Source: Candidatus Doudnabacteria bacterium (GTDB lineage Bacteria > Patescibacteriota > Doudnabacteria > UBA920). Taken from it: 64,000 nucleotides of DNA. Within the stretch, counting starts at the first letter, position 1; each line of letters opens with the position of its first letter. Where the stretch lies: positions 21,347 through 85,346 of the forward strand of contig JACRDK010000004.1 in NCBI GenBank assembly GCA_016218585.1. Direction: 5' to 3'. This document shows positions 37,586 to 47,432 of the stretch, in pieces. Both the position numbers and the translations under genes were made by a program. The notes beneath the pieces were generated by a model. It did no database searches. It saw only the letters and a program-made list of their open reading frames with translations, and was not told the DNA's origin.

Positions 37586-37813
37586 CTATAACAGAGATGG
37601 ATCTTCGGCAGGGGCAGTTTCTAATTCTTTTTTGGCCGCGGCAATCTTTTCATCAATAACTTTTAAGCCTTCCAGACAATAAGCTTTAATTTGTTCGCGC
37701 AGAAAATCGGTAAGGCCTTCGTTTTCCAGGTCTCGGATTAAAATATCTTTAATTGTTGGATCCAGCGGAGAAGCTTGGATTAAATGAATAATGTTTTGAA
37801 TTTTATCGTCCAT
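37586..37813 (-). CDS. Hypothetical small protein (75 aa); start trimmed to MDDKIQN
   Basis: The upstream small ORF's stop overlaps the extended frame. Confidence 0.35.
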   Translation of the reverse strand: MDDKIQNIIHLIQASPLDPTIKDILIRDLENEGLTDFLREQIKAYCLEGLKVIDEKIAAAKKELETAPAEDPSLL

Positions 37814-37817
37814 AGTT

Positions 37818-37994
37818 TTATTTCCCCACTGCTTGTAATAAAGCATTCAGGCTTTTTTGATATTCTAATAATTTTTCCATACTAACACCTTCCATCGCTT
37901 TTTCATCTAAACGATACTGCGCGTCAACAGCTACGCCAATCTTTGGGTCAATCAAACCTCTGCGTTCCACACCAGCCTCCATATTGTTAGACAT
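37818..37994 (-). CDS. Hypothetical small protein (58 aa), not in the ORF track
   Basis: Manual translation MSNNMEAGVERRGLIDPKIGVAVDAQYRLDEK.... Confidence 0.3.
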   Translation of the reverse strand: MSNNMEAGVERRGLIDPKIGVAVDAQYRLDEKAMEGVSMEKLLEYQKSLNALLQAVGK

Positions 37995-38012
37995 AAATGT
38001 CCCTTTCGATTT

Positions 38013-38888
38013 TTATTTCTTGAGTTTATCCCTCAAGGCTTTTAAGATTTTAATATCTGTTTCAACTTTATCATGCTCGGTTTCCAAAATCAAGGGCACG
38101 GCTTCGCCAGATTTATGATTTAAGATAGAAGATTTAAGATTTGACTGCAAAGACTGCAAAAAAATACCAAAGCCCTTCTTTCCTATTAAACCTTCGTTAA
38201 TATGCTCGTGCCTGTCTTTGCGGCTGGCTAATTCCACCTTGGAGTCGTTTATATGGCTCATTTTCAGCCATTTTAAGCCGATTGCTTTATCAAATTGCTT
38301 TATCCAATCCCCTTTTCTTACGTCGTACCCGGAAGCAAAAGCATGCTGGGTATCAAAACATACCCCGCCAAAACCAGGATGTTTAACCAGCGGCGCCATA
38401 AGCTCTGTTACTTCTTCAAAAGTATCGCCCAAAACCTCGCCCGCGCCGGCGGCGATTTCAATTAACAGCTGGGCTGAGCCTTTATACCCGTCCAAAACTT
38501 TTTTTAAGCCTTCCTGAGCCTGTTTTATGGCCTTTAGCTTGCCCTGGTCTTTGCCGCTGCCGGTATGGAACATTACATATTGCCCGCCAAGCAAGCTGGT
38601 GCGATCAAGCTCTCCCCGCACAATGGAAATTGAACCATGAAAGGTCTGCGGCTTGCCGCTGCCAAAATTTATGTAATAAGGGCAGTGAACAACAAACTCA
38701 CTTAATTTATGCTTTTGCATCTCATCTTTAAATTTTTCAATTACCTCGCCATTTAATTCCGGCGCGGGTCCGCCCTGTGGGCTTCTGGTAAAAATCTGGA
38801 AAGTCTCGCACCCCAAAGCCGCCGCACGTTCCGGCGCGTTCCAAACTCCCCCGGCAATAGAAACATGGCAGCCTATTTTAAAATTCAT
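38013..38888 (-). CDS. nfo: Endonuclease IV (AP endonuclease family 2)
   Basis: MNFKIGCHVSIAGG...; start trimmed to match the family N-terminus. Confidence 0.8.
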   Translation of the reverse strand: MNFKIGCHVSIAGGVWNAPERAAALGCETFQIFTRSPQGGPAPELNGEVIEKFKDEMQKHKLSEFVVHCPYYINFGSGKPQTFHGSISIVRGELDRTSLLGGQYVMFHTGSGKDQGKLKAIKQAQEGLKKVLDGYKGSAQLLIEIAAGAGEVLGDTFEEVTELMAPLVKHPGFGGVCFDTQHAFASGYDVRKGDWIKQFDKAIGLKWLKMSHINDSKVELASRKDRHEHINEGLIGKKGFGIFLQSLQSNLKSSILNHKSGEAVPLILETEHDKVETDIKILKALRDKLKK

Positions 38889-39433
38889 TTTGTTTTGAGC
38901 CATTGGTTAATTTTATCTTGAGCTTCCAAATAACAAAGCGACGCCCAATTGGCAGGATCTTTCTGGCCTTCCTGTAAGGCTTCCAGCATATCCCGCCATT
39001 CAACTTTTTCAATTTCTCCGTCGTTAAATTTTATGTCGGACTTTTTTCCGTCAAATACATAAGCGTACAGCCAGGAAACATGCTTAAAGTTTGGATTCTT
39101 TCTGGTATCTAAAAAATACAAATCTGCGGACGAAACCTTAAGCCCTATTTCTTCATCTAATTCATCTACCGCATTTTGCGCCGGGGTTTGCGAATATTTT
39201 ACGTGTCCGCCAAAAGCCATTTGCCAGCGTCCAGGATTTTGGTTTAACTTTTCACTGCGTTTGGAACATAAAATCCGGCCTTCCGGATTAACCACATAAA
39301 TTCCCGTGGTCAAATGCCAAAATTTTAACGGCTGCTCGTGAACCTCCGCCCTGGTTTTTCCCACGGTGATTTTGCCATTTTCATCACAGCATTGCAATAT
39401 TTCATTTTCCGGTTCCGGGGAAACATAATCCAT
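38885..39433 (-). CDS. NUDIX hydrolase
   Basis: GGHVKYSQTPAQNAVDELDEEIG matches the Nudix box. Confidence 0.7.
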   Translation of the reverse strand: MDYVSPEPENEILQCCDENGKITVGKTRAEVHEQPLKFWHLTTGIYVVNPEGRILCSKRSEKLNQNPGRWQMAFGGHVKYSQTPAQNAVDELDEEIGLKVSSADLYFLDTRKNPNFKHVSWLYAYVFDGKKSDIKFNDGEIEKVEWRDMLEALQEGQKDPANWASLCYLEAQDKINQWLKTK

Positions 39434-39443
39434 AAACTAAAAA

Positions 39444-40712
39444 TTAAATTTTTAACAATGATTTAAAAACTTTTTCATCTTTATATGGGCCAATAATTGC
39501 CAAAGTCATTTTCTTTTTATTAAATAGCTCCTTAGCCAATTTTTGGATATCGTCGGCGGTTACCGCGTCAATTTTCTTTAAGGCTTCTTTTGGCGTTAAA
39601 ACTTTTGGATAAAAAGCCTGCCGCTCCAAAAACCAATCAAGCCGAACCTGGTTGTCTTCCAGAGCCAATGCGGTTTTGCCTTTAATATATTCTTTTGCTT
39701 TATTTAACTCTTCTTTACCAACTTTGGTCTTTGCGGCAAATTCCAACACTTGCAAAATAGTTTGTATAGCTTCTTCTATTTTCTCCACTCTCACACCCGC
39801 GTTTACCGAAAAATTTCCGGCGTCTTGGTACGCGCCGCCGCTAGCCCTTACATAATACGCCAGCCCGCGCTTTTCACGAACCTCCATAAATAATCGGCCG
39901 GACATGCCGCCGGAAAGAACTGCGGAAAGAACCGACTGAACGGCAAGGCGCTTATCACTATAAGGCAAGCCCTTAAAGCCAAAGGCCAAATGAGCTTGTT
40001 CTGTTTCCTTAAATTGTAAATTCAATCGGGAAGCATTTTGTCCATCTTTAACTTTTTGCCAACCGCCGGCTTTGGCTTTTGGATACTTTAACCAATGTTT
40101 GGCAATTAGCGAATTTAATTTCTTCTGATCATATTTTCCGGAAATTCCCAAAATCATATTGGTTGTTTGGTAATGCCGATTCATATAATCTTTAAACATT
40201 TCCGGCGTAAACTTGGTGACAATCTCTTTTGTTCCCGCAATATCCCGGCCTAAAGGATCCTGCGGCCACATTGCGCTTTCTAAAATATTATCTATTTCGT
40301 ACATTGGCGCGTCTTTGTACATATTTATTTCTTCTACAATAACGCCTTTCTCTTTTTCCAATTCCACCGCATCCAAAAGGGGCTGCTGAATCATATCGGT
40401 AAGCACTTCAAAAATAAGCGGCAAATGTTGCGAGGCCGCCTTAATGTAGAACTGGGTATGTTCCTTGCCGGTATTAGCGTTCATTTCCCCGCCAATGGAA
40501 TCCACCAGGGTGGAAATTGCCAAAGCTGTCGGGTATTTTTTGGTTCCTTTAAACAAAAAATGTTCCAAAAAATGGGAAATGCCATTTTCTTTTTCCGTTT
40601 CGCTTCTGGAGCCGGTCTTAATAAAAAAATCCACCACCACGCTTTCCGCGTCGGTGGAAGGAACCTGAATTATGGTTAAACCGTTTTTTAAAACTTGTTT
40701 GGTATATTTCAT
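39444..40712 (-). CDS. M16-family (insulinase-like) zinc peptidase
   Basis: HFLEHFLFKGT is the inverted HxxEH zinc motif. Confidence 0.8.
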   Translation of the reverse strand: MKYTKQVLKNGLTIIQVPSTDAESVVVDFFIKTGSRSETEKENGISHFLEHFLFKGTKKYPTALAISTLVDSIGGEMNANTGKEHTQFYIKAASQHLPLIFEVLTDMIQQPLLDAVELEKEKGVIVEEINMYKDAPMYEIDNILESAMWPQDPLGRDIAGTKEIVTKFTPEMFKDYMNRHYQTTNMILGISGKYDQKKLNSLIAKHWLKYPKAKAGGWQKVKDGQNASRLNLQFKETEQAHLAFGFKGLPYSDKRLAVQSVLSAVLSGGMSGRLFMEVREKRGLAYYVRASGGAYQDAGNFSVNAGVRVEKIEEAIQTILQVLEFAAKTKVGKEELNKAKEYIKGKTALALEDNQVRLDWFLERQAFYPKVLTPKEALKKIDAVTADDIQKLAKELFNKKKMTLAIIGPYKDEKVFKSLLKI

Positions 40713-40718
40713 AGCACT

Positions 40719-41270
40719 TTAAAATTCCTCGCTAGATAATAGGCTCATTAATTTTTCATAATCATCTAGTTGACTGGAGTATCGTTTACAGTCGGACTCC
40801 AAGTCTTCTTTTGTTAACTTTAATCCTCCAAAAACATCGGGACTGTTAATTGCTTCTTTTATCATACCAACTTCGGTAATGACAGAATTCGGCAAGTAGG
40901 TCATAATTTCTGACTCCTTTATATGCCCCAGGGCCCAATCCATAAATTCTTGTCGCTGGACTGCAATTTCTTTATGCCTAGTTTCAGGTTCTTCAAATAA
41001 CTTTTTCTGTTTAATAAGTTCTAGTCGCAACTCTTGTTTTTTTGCGTTCTCCGACTCAACCATTTTGTCAAAAAGTTCATTTATTGGCTCAACCTTTTCT
41101 TTTTTAATATTTGCTGCCTTGGCTCTTATTTTTTCAGCGACACTTTTATACTGCGCTTCCAAGCTGGCTGCCCGCTGGCTTAAAGCGTCTAATGTCGATA
41201 AATATTCCCTTAATTCTGGCTTTTGTACTTCGGGCTCTTGTATGCGGCCTCTTGATTCTGTCCCGATCAT
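40719..41270 (-). CDS. Hypothetical coiled-coil protein
   Basis: ORF only. Confidence 0.4.
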   Translation of the reverse strand: MIGTESRGRIQEPEVQKPELREYLSTLDALSQRAASLEAQYKSVAEKIRAKAANIKKEKVEPINELFDKMVESENAKKQELRLELIKQKKLFEEPETRHKEIAVQRQEFMDWALGHIKESEIMTYLPNSVITEVGMIKEAINSPDVFGGLKLTKEDLESDCKRYSSQLDDYEKLMSLLSSEEF

Positions 41271-42349
41271 ATAATATTGTCTTTTAATTTTGTGGGAACA
41301 TTAATAAACTTTTCAACGTTTCCTTGCTTTAAATATACCAAATCTTCAATTCTTATGCCACCACAGCTTGGCAAATAAACCCCCGGCTCAATGCTAAAAA
41401 CCATATTATTTTGCATTATACTTTTAGATTTGGGCGATATATTTGGCAATTCGTGAATTTCCAAACCTGTCCCATGCCCTAAGGAATGAATAAAGTACTT
41501 ATCTAAATCTTTCTCCGCTAAAACTTTTACAGACAAGTCGTAAACTTTATCAGCCAAAGTCCCGGATTTTGTAAAATTAATCGCCTGATTATAAGCTTCC
41601 TCGACTTGATTATAAGCATCGGCTAATTTGGCGGGAGCTGTCTTTAAAAAAACAGTCCTGGTAAAATCACTGCAATAATTTTTATACTTAAAACCGAAGT
41701 CCAAAATTATTGACTCTCCGGTCTTAAGTTTTTTCTTTGATGGTACATGATGAGGAATGGCAGCATTGGCTCCGCTGGCAACTATTGCCGGAAAACTAAC
41801 GTCTTCGGCTCCTAGTTTTAAACCGGCTGATTCAATAAACTTTGCCAAGCCCTCTTCCGTCATCCCCGGTTTTTTTATTTCTTTTCTTACCAGTTTAAAC
41901 ACAGCCTCCACAATTTGCATGGACTTTTTTACCAACGCAATTTCCATGGGCTCTTTAATTACCCGCATCTGATCTACCGGGCTTAGCTCCGGCTTGACTT
42001 CAATCTTTAATCCTAAATCTTTAAGCTTACTTTTTATATACTCGCCTTCTCCGTAATTAAAACCCCATTCTAAATCCAGACGTTTTTGTTTTTTTAAATA
42101 TTTGCCGATATTTTTCAAGCTGTCAGAATTTTTGATCCAATGCATAGCTTCGAGCCCGCTGCCAAAACCGACCACATCCGTGTTAGTCCGTCCTTTATCC
42201 GCGTTTTTCCGTCTTGGGCTCACCAACAAATATTCTTCAGCGCGTATATCAAAAGACCGGCCAGTTAAATAAAACAGGTTCTCTTTCTTTTTTATTAAAA
42301 TAGGATTCTGAATTTTCGCCTGGAGTATTTTTAGGCGCGATGTATTCAT
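41267..42349 (-). CDS. pepP: M24-family Xaa-Pro aminopeptidase
   Basis: HSLGHGTGLEIHE pita-bread motif. Confidence 0.8.
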   Translation of the reverse strand: MNTSRLKILQAKIQNPILIKKKENLFYLTGRSFDIRAEEYLLVSPRRKNADKGRTNTDVVGFGSGLEAMHWIKNSDSLKNIGKYLKKQKRLDLEWGFNYGEGEYIKSKLKDLGLKIEVKPELSPVDQMRVIKEPMEIALVKKSMQIVEAVFKLVRKEIKKPGMTEEGLAKFIESAGLKLGAEDVSFPAIVASGANAAIPHHVPSKKKLKTGESIILDFGFKYKNYCSDFTRTVFLKTAPAKLADAYNQVEEAYNQAINFTKSGTLADKVYDLSVKVLAEKDLDKYFIHSLGHGTGLEIHELPNISPKSKSIMQNNMVFSIEPGVYLPSCGGIRIEDLVYLKQGNVEKFINVPTKLKDNII

Positions 42350-42795
42350 TATTTATTTTCCCTCCCCTGATTAAGGGGAGGGATTAAGGGAGAGGTTGGC
42401 TTAAATATTTTGCTTTATTATTTCCAACACCCCATTAATATTTTTATCTATATCATTATTCCAAAACCTTAAAACTTTATAACCTTGCTTAGAAGCGAAA
42501 TCTTGTTTTAGAATATCATACTGGTTAATATGTAACTCACTATGCTGGCTGCCATCAAGTTCAATAAGAAGCATTTTTCCTCTACAACTGAAGTCAAAAA
42601 TATATTGTCCGATTTGGACTTGCCGTTTAAATTTTAAATTGCAAAACCGTCCGGCACGCAAGTATTGCCATAATTTTGTTTCCCAAGGGTTGTGAGTTTT
42701 TCGAAGTACGCGAGAATTGGTTAAATAAGGTTCGGGGATAATTCTTTTCATACAACCTCTCCCCTGCCCCTCTCCTTAGAAGGAGAGGGAATTAC
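42350..42795. mobile_element. DUF559 endonuclease gene bracketed by inverted hairpin repeats (CCCTCCCCT..AAGGGGAGGG..AGGGAGAGGTTG)
   Basis: Left repeat at 42351-42400. The right end at 42752-42795 starts with CAACCTCTCCC, the reverse complement of GGGAGAGGTTG. A solo copy of the repeat lies at 18112-18170. Confidence 0.5.
42401..42751 (-). CDS. DUF559 / Vsr-like PD-(D/E)xK endonuclease domain protein
   Basis: IFDFSC...LIELDGSQH...YKVLRFWNNDI. Confidence 0.7.
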   Translation of the reverse strand: MKRIIPEPYLTNSRVLRKTHNPWETKLWQYLRAGRFCNLKFKRQVQIGQYIFDFSCRGKMLLIELDGSQHSELHINQYDILKQDFASKQGYKVLRFWNNDIDKNINGVLEIIKQNI

Positions 42796-44108
42796 TGCAA
42801 TGATTTTTTAATATAATCCGCCAATTCGCTAATTTTTATTCTTGGCTGTTCTTTTGTGTCGCGGTTGCGCACAGTGACACAGTCGTCTTTTTCTACGGTG
42901 TCAAAATCCACTGTTACGCAAAACGGCGTACCAATTTCGTCCTGGCTGTAGTATCTTTTTCCCACGTTGCCGCGATCATCCCAGGCAACGTTAAAATGTT
43001 TTTGTAAATCTTTGTAAACTTCTCTGGCTTTGCCAACCAGCTGTTCTTTATTTTTAAGCAATGGGAATACAGCAACAGTATAAGGAGCCAATTTTGCCGG
43101 TAAGTGTAAAATTATATTTTCCGGGTTGCTGTCGTCGTAAGCTTCACAAAGCACCGCCAATACGCTGCGGTCAACTCCCCAGGTCGGTTCTATGCAATGA
43201 GGAATAAATTTTTCGCCGGATTGCGGGTCAGTATAACGAATATCCTGTTTTGAGCTTTCCATGTGATTTTTCAAATCAAAGTCCGTTCGGTAAGCCAAAC
43301 CGTAAAGTTCGCTAACGCCAAAAGGAAAATGGTATTCAAAATCTATAGTGCGCTTGCTGTAATGTGCCAATTCATCTTTAGGAACTTCCAACTCGTGGAC
43401 GTGTTCCCATTTTAAACCTAAAACTTCTGTCATCCAGGCTTTCATTTCTCCGCGCCACATTTCAAAAACATTATTCCAATCTTCATCGTTTTGCGGGGGC
43501 TTAATAAAATATTCAATTTCCATTTGTTCAAACTCGCGGGTGCGGAAAATAAAATTTCCCGGGGTTATTTCATTGCGAAAAGCCTTGCCCTGCTGGGCAA
43601 TGCCAAACGGGAGCTGTTTTCTGGAAGTATCTAAAACGTTTTTAAAATCCACAAACATCGCCTGCGCGGTTTCCGGCCTAAAATAAGCAACATTTGCCTG
43701 CTCCTGCGCCGGACCAATGTATGTTTGGAACATTAAATTAAACATCTTGGCCTCGGAAAACTCCTTGCCGCCGCAACCTTCACACTTCTCCGGCAGCTTG
43801 TCCTGGCGGTATCTCATATGGCATTTTTTGCACTCCACCAAGGGATCGGAAAAATTCTGCAAATGTCCGCTCGCCTGCCAAACTTTTGGGTTCATTATTA
43901 AAGCCGCGTCTATGCCTACCATATCATCGCGCTGTTTAACAAACCTGCTCCACCAAGCCTGCTTAATATTATTTTTTAATTCCACACCCAAAGGACCATA
44001 GTCCCATGAGTTAGCCATGCCGCCATAAATTTCACTGCCGGGAAATACAAACCCGCGGCGCTTACAAAGTGAAACTATTTTATCCATCAAATCATTTTTT
44101 TCAGCCAT
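42792..44108 (-). CDS. glyQS: Glycyl-tRNA synthetase (alpha2 type)
   Basis: FVFPGSEIYGGMANSWDYGPLG. Confidence 0.9.
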   Translation of the reverse strand: MAEKNDLMDKIVSLCKRRGFVFPGSEIYGGMANSWDYGPLGVELKNNIKQAWWSRFVKQRDDMVGIDAALIMNPKVWQASGHLQNFSDPLVECKKCHMRYRQDKLPEKCEGCGGKEFSEAKMFNLMFQTYIGPAQEQANVAYFRPETAQAMFVDFKNVLDTSRKQLPFGIAQQGKAFRNEITPGNFIFRTREFEQMEIEYFIKPPQNDEDWNNVFEMWRGEMKAWMTEVLGLKWEHVHELEVPKDELAHYSKRTIDFEYHFPFGVSELYGLAYRTDFDLKNHMESSKQDIRYTDPQSGEKFIPHCIEPTWGVDRSVLAVLCEAYDDSNPENIILHLPAKLAPYTVAVFPLLKNKEQLVGKAREVYKDLQKHFNVAWDDRGNVGKRYYSQDEIGTPFCVTVDFDTVEKDDCVTVRNRDTKEQPRIKISELADYIKKSLQ

Positions 44109-44312
44109 AAATCTACAAAATTAAAAATTAATCTGACACTACAGAAACCTACAGAACCTAAACTTTATAAACGCTTAAATAATGAAATTCTGTGAGTTTC
44201 TGTAGTGTTCCTCGCCGGTTTATTCTGAAGTATTATACCAAAACCGCCATATTTTGGCTAATTACTAAAACAGCCACTTTGTCAGTGACTGTTTTAGATT
44301 TATAGTTTCTAG

Positions 44313-47294
44313 TTACTGTGGCGATCCGCCTTCGTTGAGTTTGCTGGCTCTATTAAATATTCCCAAAGTTGAACTTCCGGTAAAACTATTTACGCCGTCG
44401 CCCGTTGCTGTCGACAAGCAGAAAATATTAGCACCAGAATTCGAATTCGCGTAATACGAAGCCCAAATATTATAATATCCATTATCTAAGGCTGAAATTC
44501 CTGTAGCATAAGGAATTGCCGCGCCGGTGGTTGTGCCAACGGTGCCATTTTGAATGTCAAAATATACCCAGCTGCCGCAAGTGGAAATAAAGGACAATGC
44601 GGCCCAAGTTCTGCCGTTTGGTTTTACTTCCGCTGAAACTGTATAGAGCGCTTGGCTTTTTACGTAACTGCCCAAAGCATAATTTACCCGGTGAATTAAG
44701 TTCTGCGTATTTTCCATAAATGAGTTTGCGGTTCTTGTTCCTACGCCTTGCACCGCCCAGGTGCCTTGGGTCATATCTACATTTGCGGTTGAAGGGAATA
44801 ATTGCGCAATTGTTGCGGGAGTAGTATTTAACTCCTGGCTTAACACTGTCCTGACTGTTGGCAAAGAATAATATGTTGTGGTTGCAATAACATATTTAAA
44901 ATTCTGTCCGAGATAGCTGTTATAATCGGCGCTAAAATTGGCAACGCTAACTCCGCCTAAGCTATAAATTGTTTGCGTGCCGTCGTTAACTGTTGGGGAA
45001 TTCCAGGTATTGCCGCGAGAGCTCAAAGAAGAGCCCGTGCCGGACATTGTAATTCCGCCAATTAACGTTGAACTGGCAATTGTTAACGCTGCGTTAGTTC
45101 CGCTTAAATACGCGGCGGTTCCGGTTCCGGTTAGAGTAACGTTGCTCATGCTAATAATCTCCCCTGTTGTATTAGTTCCGGCCAGAGCTCTGCCTCCATT
45201 TGTCATTTGGCAGCTAGAATTAGAAATGGTTGTGGTGCCAACTCCTGCCTGGAAACAAGCAGTGCTCGAAGAGTCCGCGGGAGAATTGGTGATTGTGGTA
45301 TTTTTAATTATAAAGTTGGAAACTTCATTAGCCGCCGGACCTCTCATATTATCTGAGGTTAAATTATCAACTGTAACGGTGCCGAAAGTGTCGGGCGTTC
45401 CACCGGTATGGGAAATAAAAGAAGAGGCGCCTGCCACATAAGTGGTTGAATCATTATAAGCGGTACTATTCCTAACTTCGCCGCTGCCGCCGTTGGCAAA
45501 GAACGAACCCGGGTGCAATACGTACATGCCATAGCCGCCATTATGAGCCACGGAGTCAGTAACCAAAGAGCCGTCTGAAAAATAATATTGATGGCTATAA
45601 CTTTCTTCCGATAAACAATTGGAAATATATGCGTTAGTAAAGGCGCGGATTGAACCGTCGTTTGCCTGAACTCTTCTAGCATGAAGGCCAATATACCTGG
45701 TGCCATCTTTGGAACTGTCTACCGCTCTGGCTCTTGCCGTATATTCATACTGACTGCCGTTTGAAGAAGGATTCCCGGTTGTTGCGTGCACATAAATTGT
45801 CGGCGAAGTTGTACTAGCGTTGCCAATATAAAAACTTCCGGCTATAGAATCACAACTTGAAGTTGACGTCTGCATAGAAAGACGGGATCCATTTTCAAAA
45901 ACCCAAATTTGGTTAGGGTTGGCGTTATCAGATGGCAAAACCGCTTTATAGCAATTGGTTGTCCCGGCAGTAAGGCTCCAGGCAGACGAAGAAATAATGT
46001 CAGAGGCATCAACCAATGGCTTAGCTCCGGATCCATAAGATTGAACGGTCATGTTATCTCTGGGAACTGTAAGAGTTTCTCTCCAGGCAGAGTCGGTAAC
46101 CAAATTCCATGTATTAAGAGGCGCGGAGGCATCTACAGTTTGCAGGCGGGAAATTGTTTTTACAGCCTGCGCCGGAGATAACCCGGAGTTGCTGTCATTG
46201 CCGTTAACGGAATCTACATAATAAGTTGGCGTAGGGTTTGTATAATCTGCCGAGGTTACCGTATTACTGCTTGCGTCAGTGGATTTAATATGAAAATGGT
46301 AGGCGGTTGTGGTTGCTAATCCGGTTAAAACCAGCGAATGGGAAGTTACCATCGATGCAGACGAAGTTGAAAATCCATACGAAGTTGTTGTTCCATATTC
46401 AATTAACGAATTAGATAATTCGTCGGTAGTCCAGGTTATTTGTAAACTGGTTGCTGTTGGCGTACTGGTAGCAACCGAAGAGATTACCGGCGCGGTTGTA
46501 TCTGGCGTAGAGCCGGAAGACCCTCCGGAAGATGAGCCGCCTCCCCCGCCACCACTGGCATAACCGCCGCTGTAAGTAGGCGGGGGGTTATTATTTCCGG
46601 TTGTATTATTGGAAGATGAACCATTATTGGCTACGGTGGTTCTGGTTTCCACCACTCCGCCAACAGGCAAAGCTAAATCTGCTTCATTAGCAGGGACCAC
46701 TGTTTTAAAATCATTATCTATATGCCATGCATTATAGACGTCCAAAGAAGGATAAGGATAGAGTGTTCCGTTATTTATCCAATAAATCGTGCCGTTGCTT
46801 AAAATATCAACTCCGTTTAAATGAGCGGATGATGAATCGAAAATATTAGAACCTTTTGGCAGCAGCTGTTCTTCCGGATTAGTTACCAAAAGTACGGACG
46901 TAAATCTAAAGCCGAGCCCAAGAAAAACTTCTGCGGAAGTAAAAGCGCGGCGCGTGCCATCGGACACCAAATAAACGGTTTTATCTTCGGCAGATTTAAT
47001 TAAAGCTCCGTTATTTGGAAGCAAAAGACTTCCCTGCGGCAAGCTTAAATCTTCGGCCGTTGCCGCGGCTGCATCCTTAAATTCAAAACCATAGGAAAAT
47101 AAAATTCCGGGACTGGTTACTCCTTGCAGCGTATTGTTTTGGATTAAATAAAATGTTCCGTTGTTATTTATAAGCCTTATTGGATTTGATTTTGGAAAAG
47201 TTAGCGTCTCCCCCATAACTCGCATAGGAAAAGGAGTAAAAATAAAAATCGCTGTAATTATCAAATAAAAAAAAGACCGCTTTAAAATATCCAT
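44313..47294 (-). CDS. Large secreted surface protein: signal peptide, Gly/Ser-rich linker, Fn3-like domain, beta-helix-like repeats
   Basis: Signal peptide; GGGGGGSSSGGSSGS linker; ITWTTDE...EYGTTTSYG Fn3-like segment; NxT/S-rich repeats. Confidence 0.6.
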   Translation of the reverse strand: MDILKRSFFYLIITAIFIFTPFPMRVMGETLTFPKSNPIRLINNNGTFYLIQNNTLQGVTSPGILFSYGFEFKDAAAATAEDLSLPQGSLLLPNNGALIKSAEDKTVYLVSDGTRRAFTSAEVFLGLGFRFTSVLLVTNPEEQLLPKGSNIFDSSSAHLNGVDILSNGTIYWINNGTLYPYPSLDVYNAWHIDNDFKTVVPANEADLALPVGGVVETRTTVANNGSSSNNTTGNNNPPPTYSGGYASGGGGGGSSSGGSSGSTPDTTAPVISSVATSTPTATSLQITWTTDELSNSLIEYGTTTSYGFSTSSASMVTSHSLVLTGLATTTAYHFHIKSTDASSNTVTSADYTNPTPTYYVDSVNGNDSNSGLSPAQAVKTISRLQTVDASAPLNTWNLVTDSAWRETLTVPRDNMTVQSYGSGAKPLVDASDIISSSAWSLTAGTTNCYKAVLPSDNANPNQIWVFENGSRLSMQTSTSSCDSIAGSFYIGNASTTSPTIYVHATTGNPSSNGSQYEYTARARAVDSSKDGTRYIGLHARRVQANDGSIRAFTNAYISNCLSEESYSHQYYFSDGSLVTDSVAHNGGYGMYVLHPGSFFANGGSGEVRNSTAYNDSTTYVAGASSFISHTGGTPDTFGTVTVDNLTSDNMRGPAANEVSNFIIKNTTITNSPADSSSTACFQAGVGTTTISNSSCQMTNGGRALAGTNTTGEIISMSNVTLTGTGTAAYLSGTNAALTIASSTLIGGITMSGTGSSLSSRGNTWNSPTVNDGTQTIYSLGGVSVANFSADYNSYLGQNFKYVIATTTYYSLPTVRTVLSQELNTTPATIAQLFPSTANVDMTQGTWAVQGVGTRTANSFMENTQNLIHRVNYALGSYVKSQALYTVSAEVKPNGRTWAALSFISTCGSWVYFDIQNGTVGTTTGAAIPYATGISALDNGYYNIWASYYANSNSGANIFCLSTATGDGVNSFTGSSTLGIFNRASKLNEGGSPQ

Positions 47295-47432
47295 TATAAA
47301 TAACGTTTAATTTTTTTGTCTATTGGGACTAAAAGTGCCCTCGAGATTTAGTAATTATGTGTGCTTTAATCATAAATAATAAAAACTTTAATGTCAAAAA
47401 AACTCAAGGGAAATCCCTTGAGTTTTTATAAT

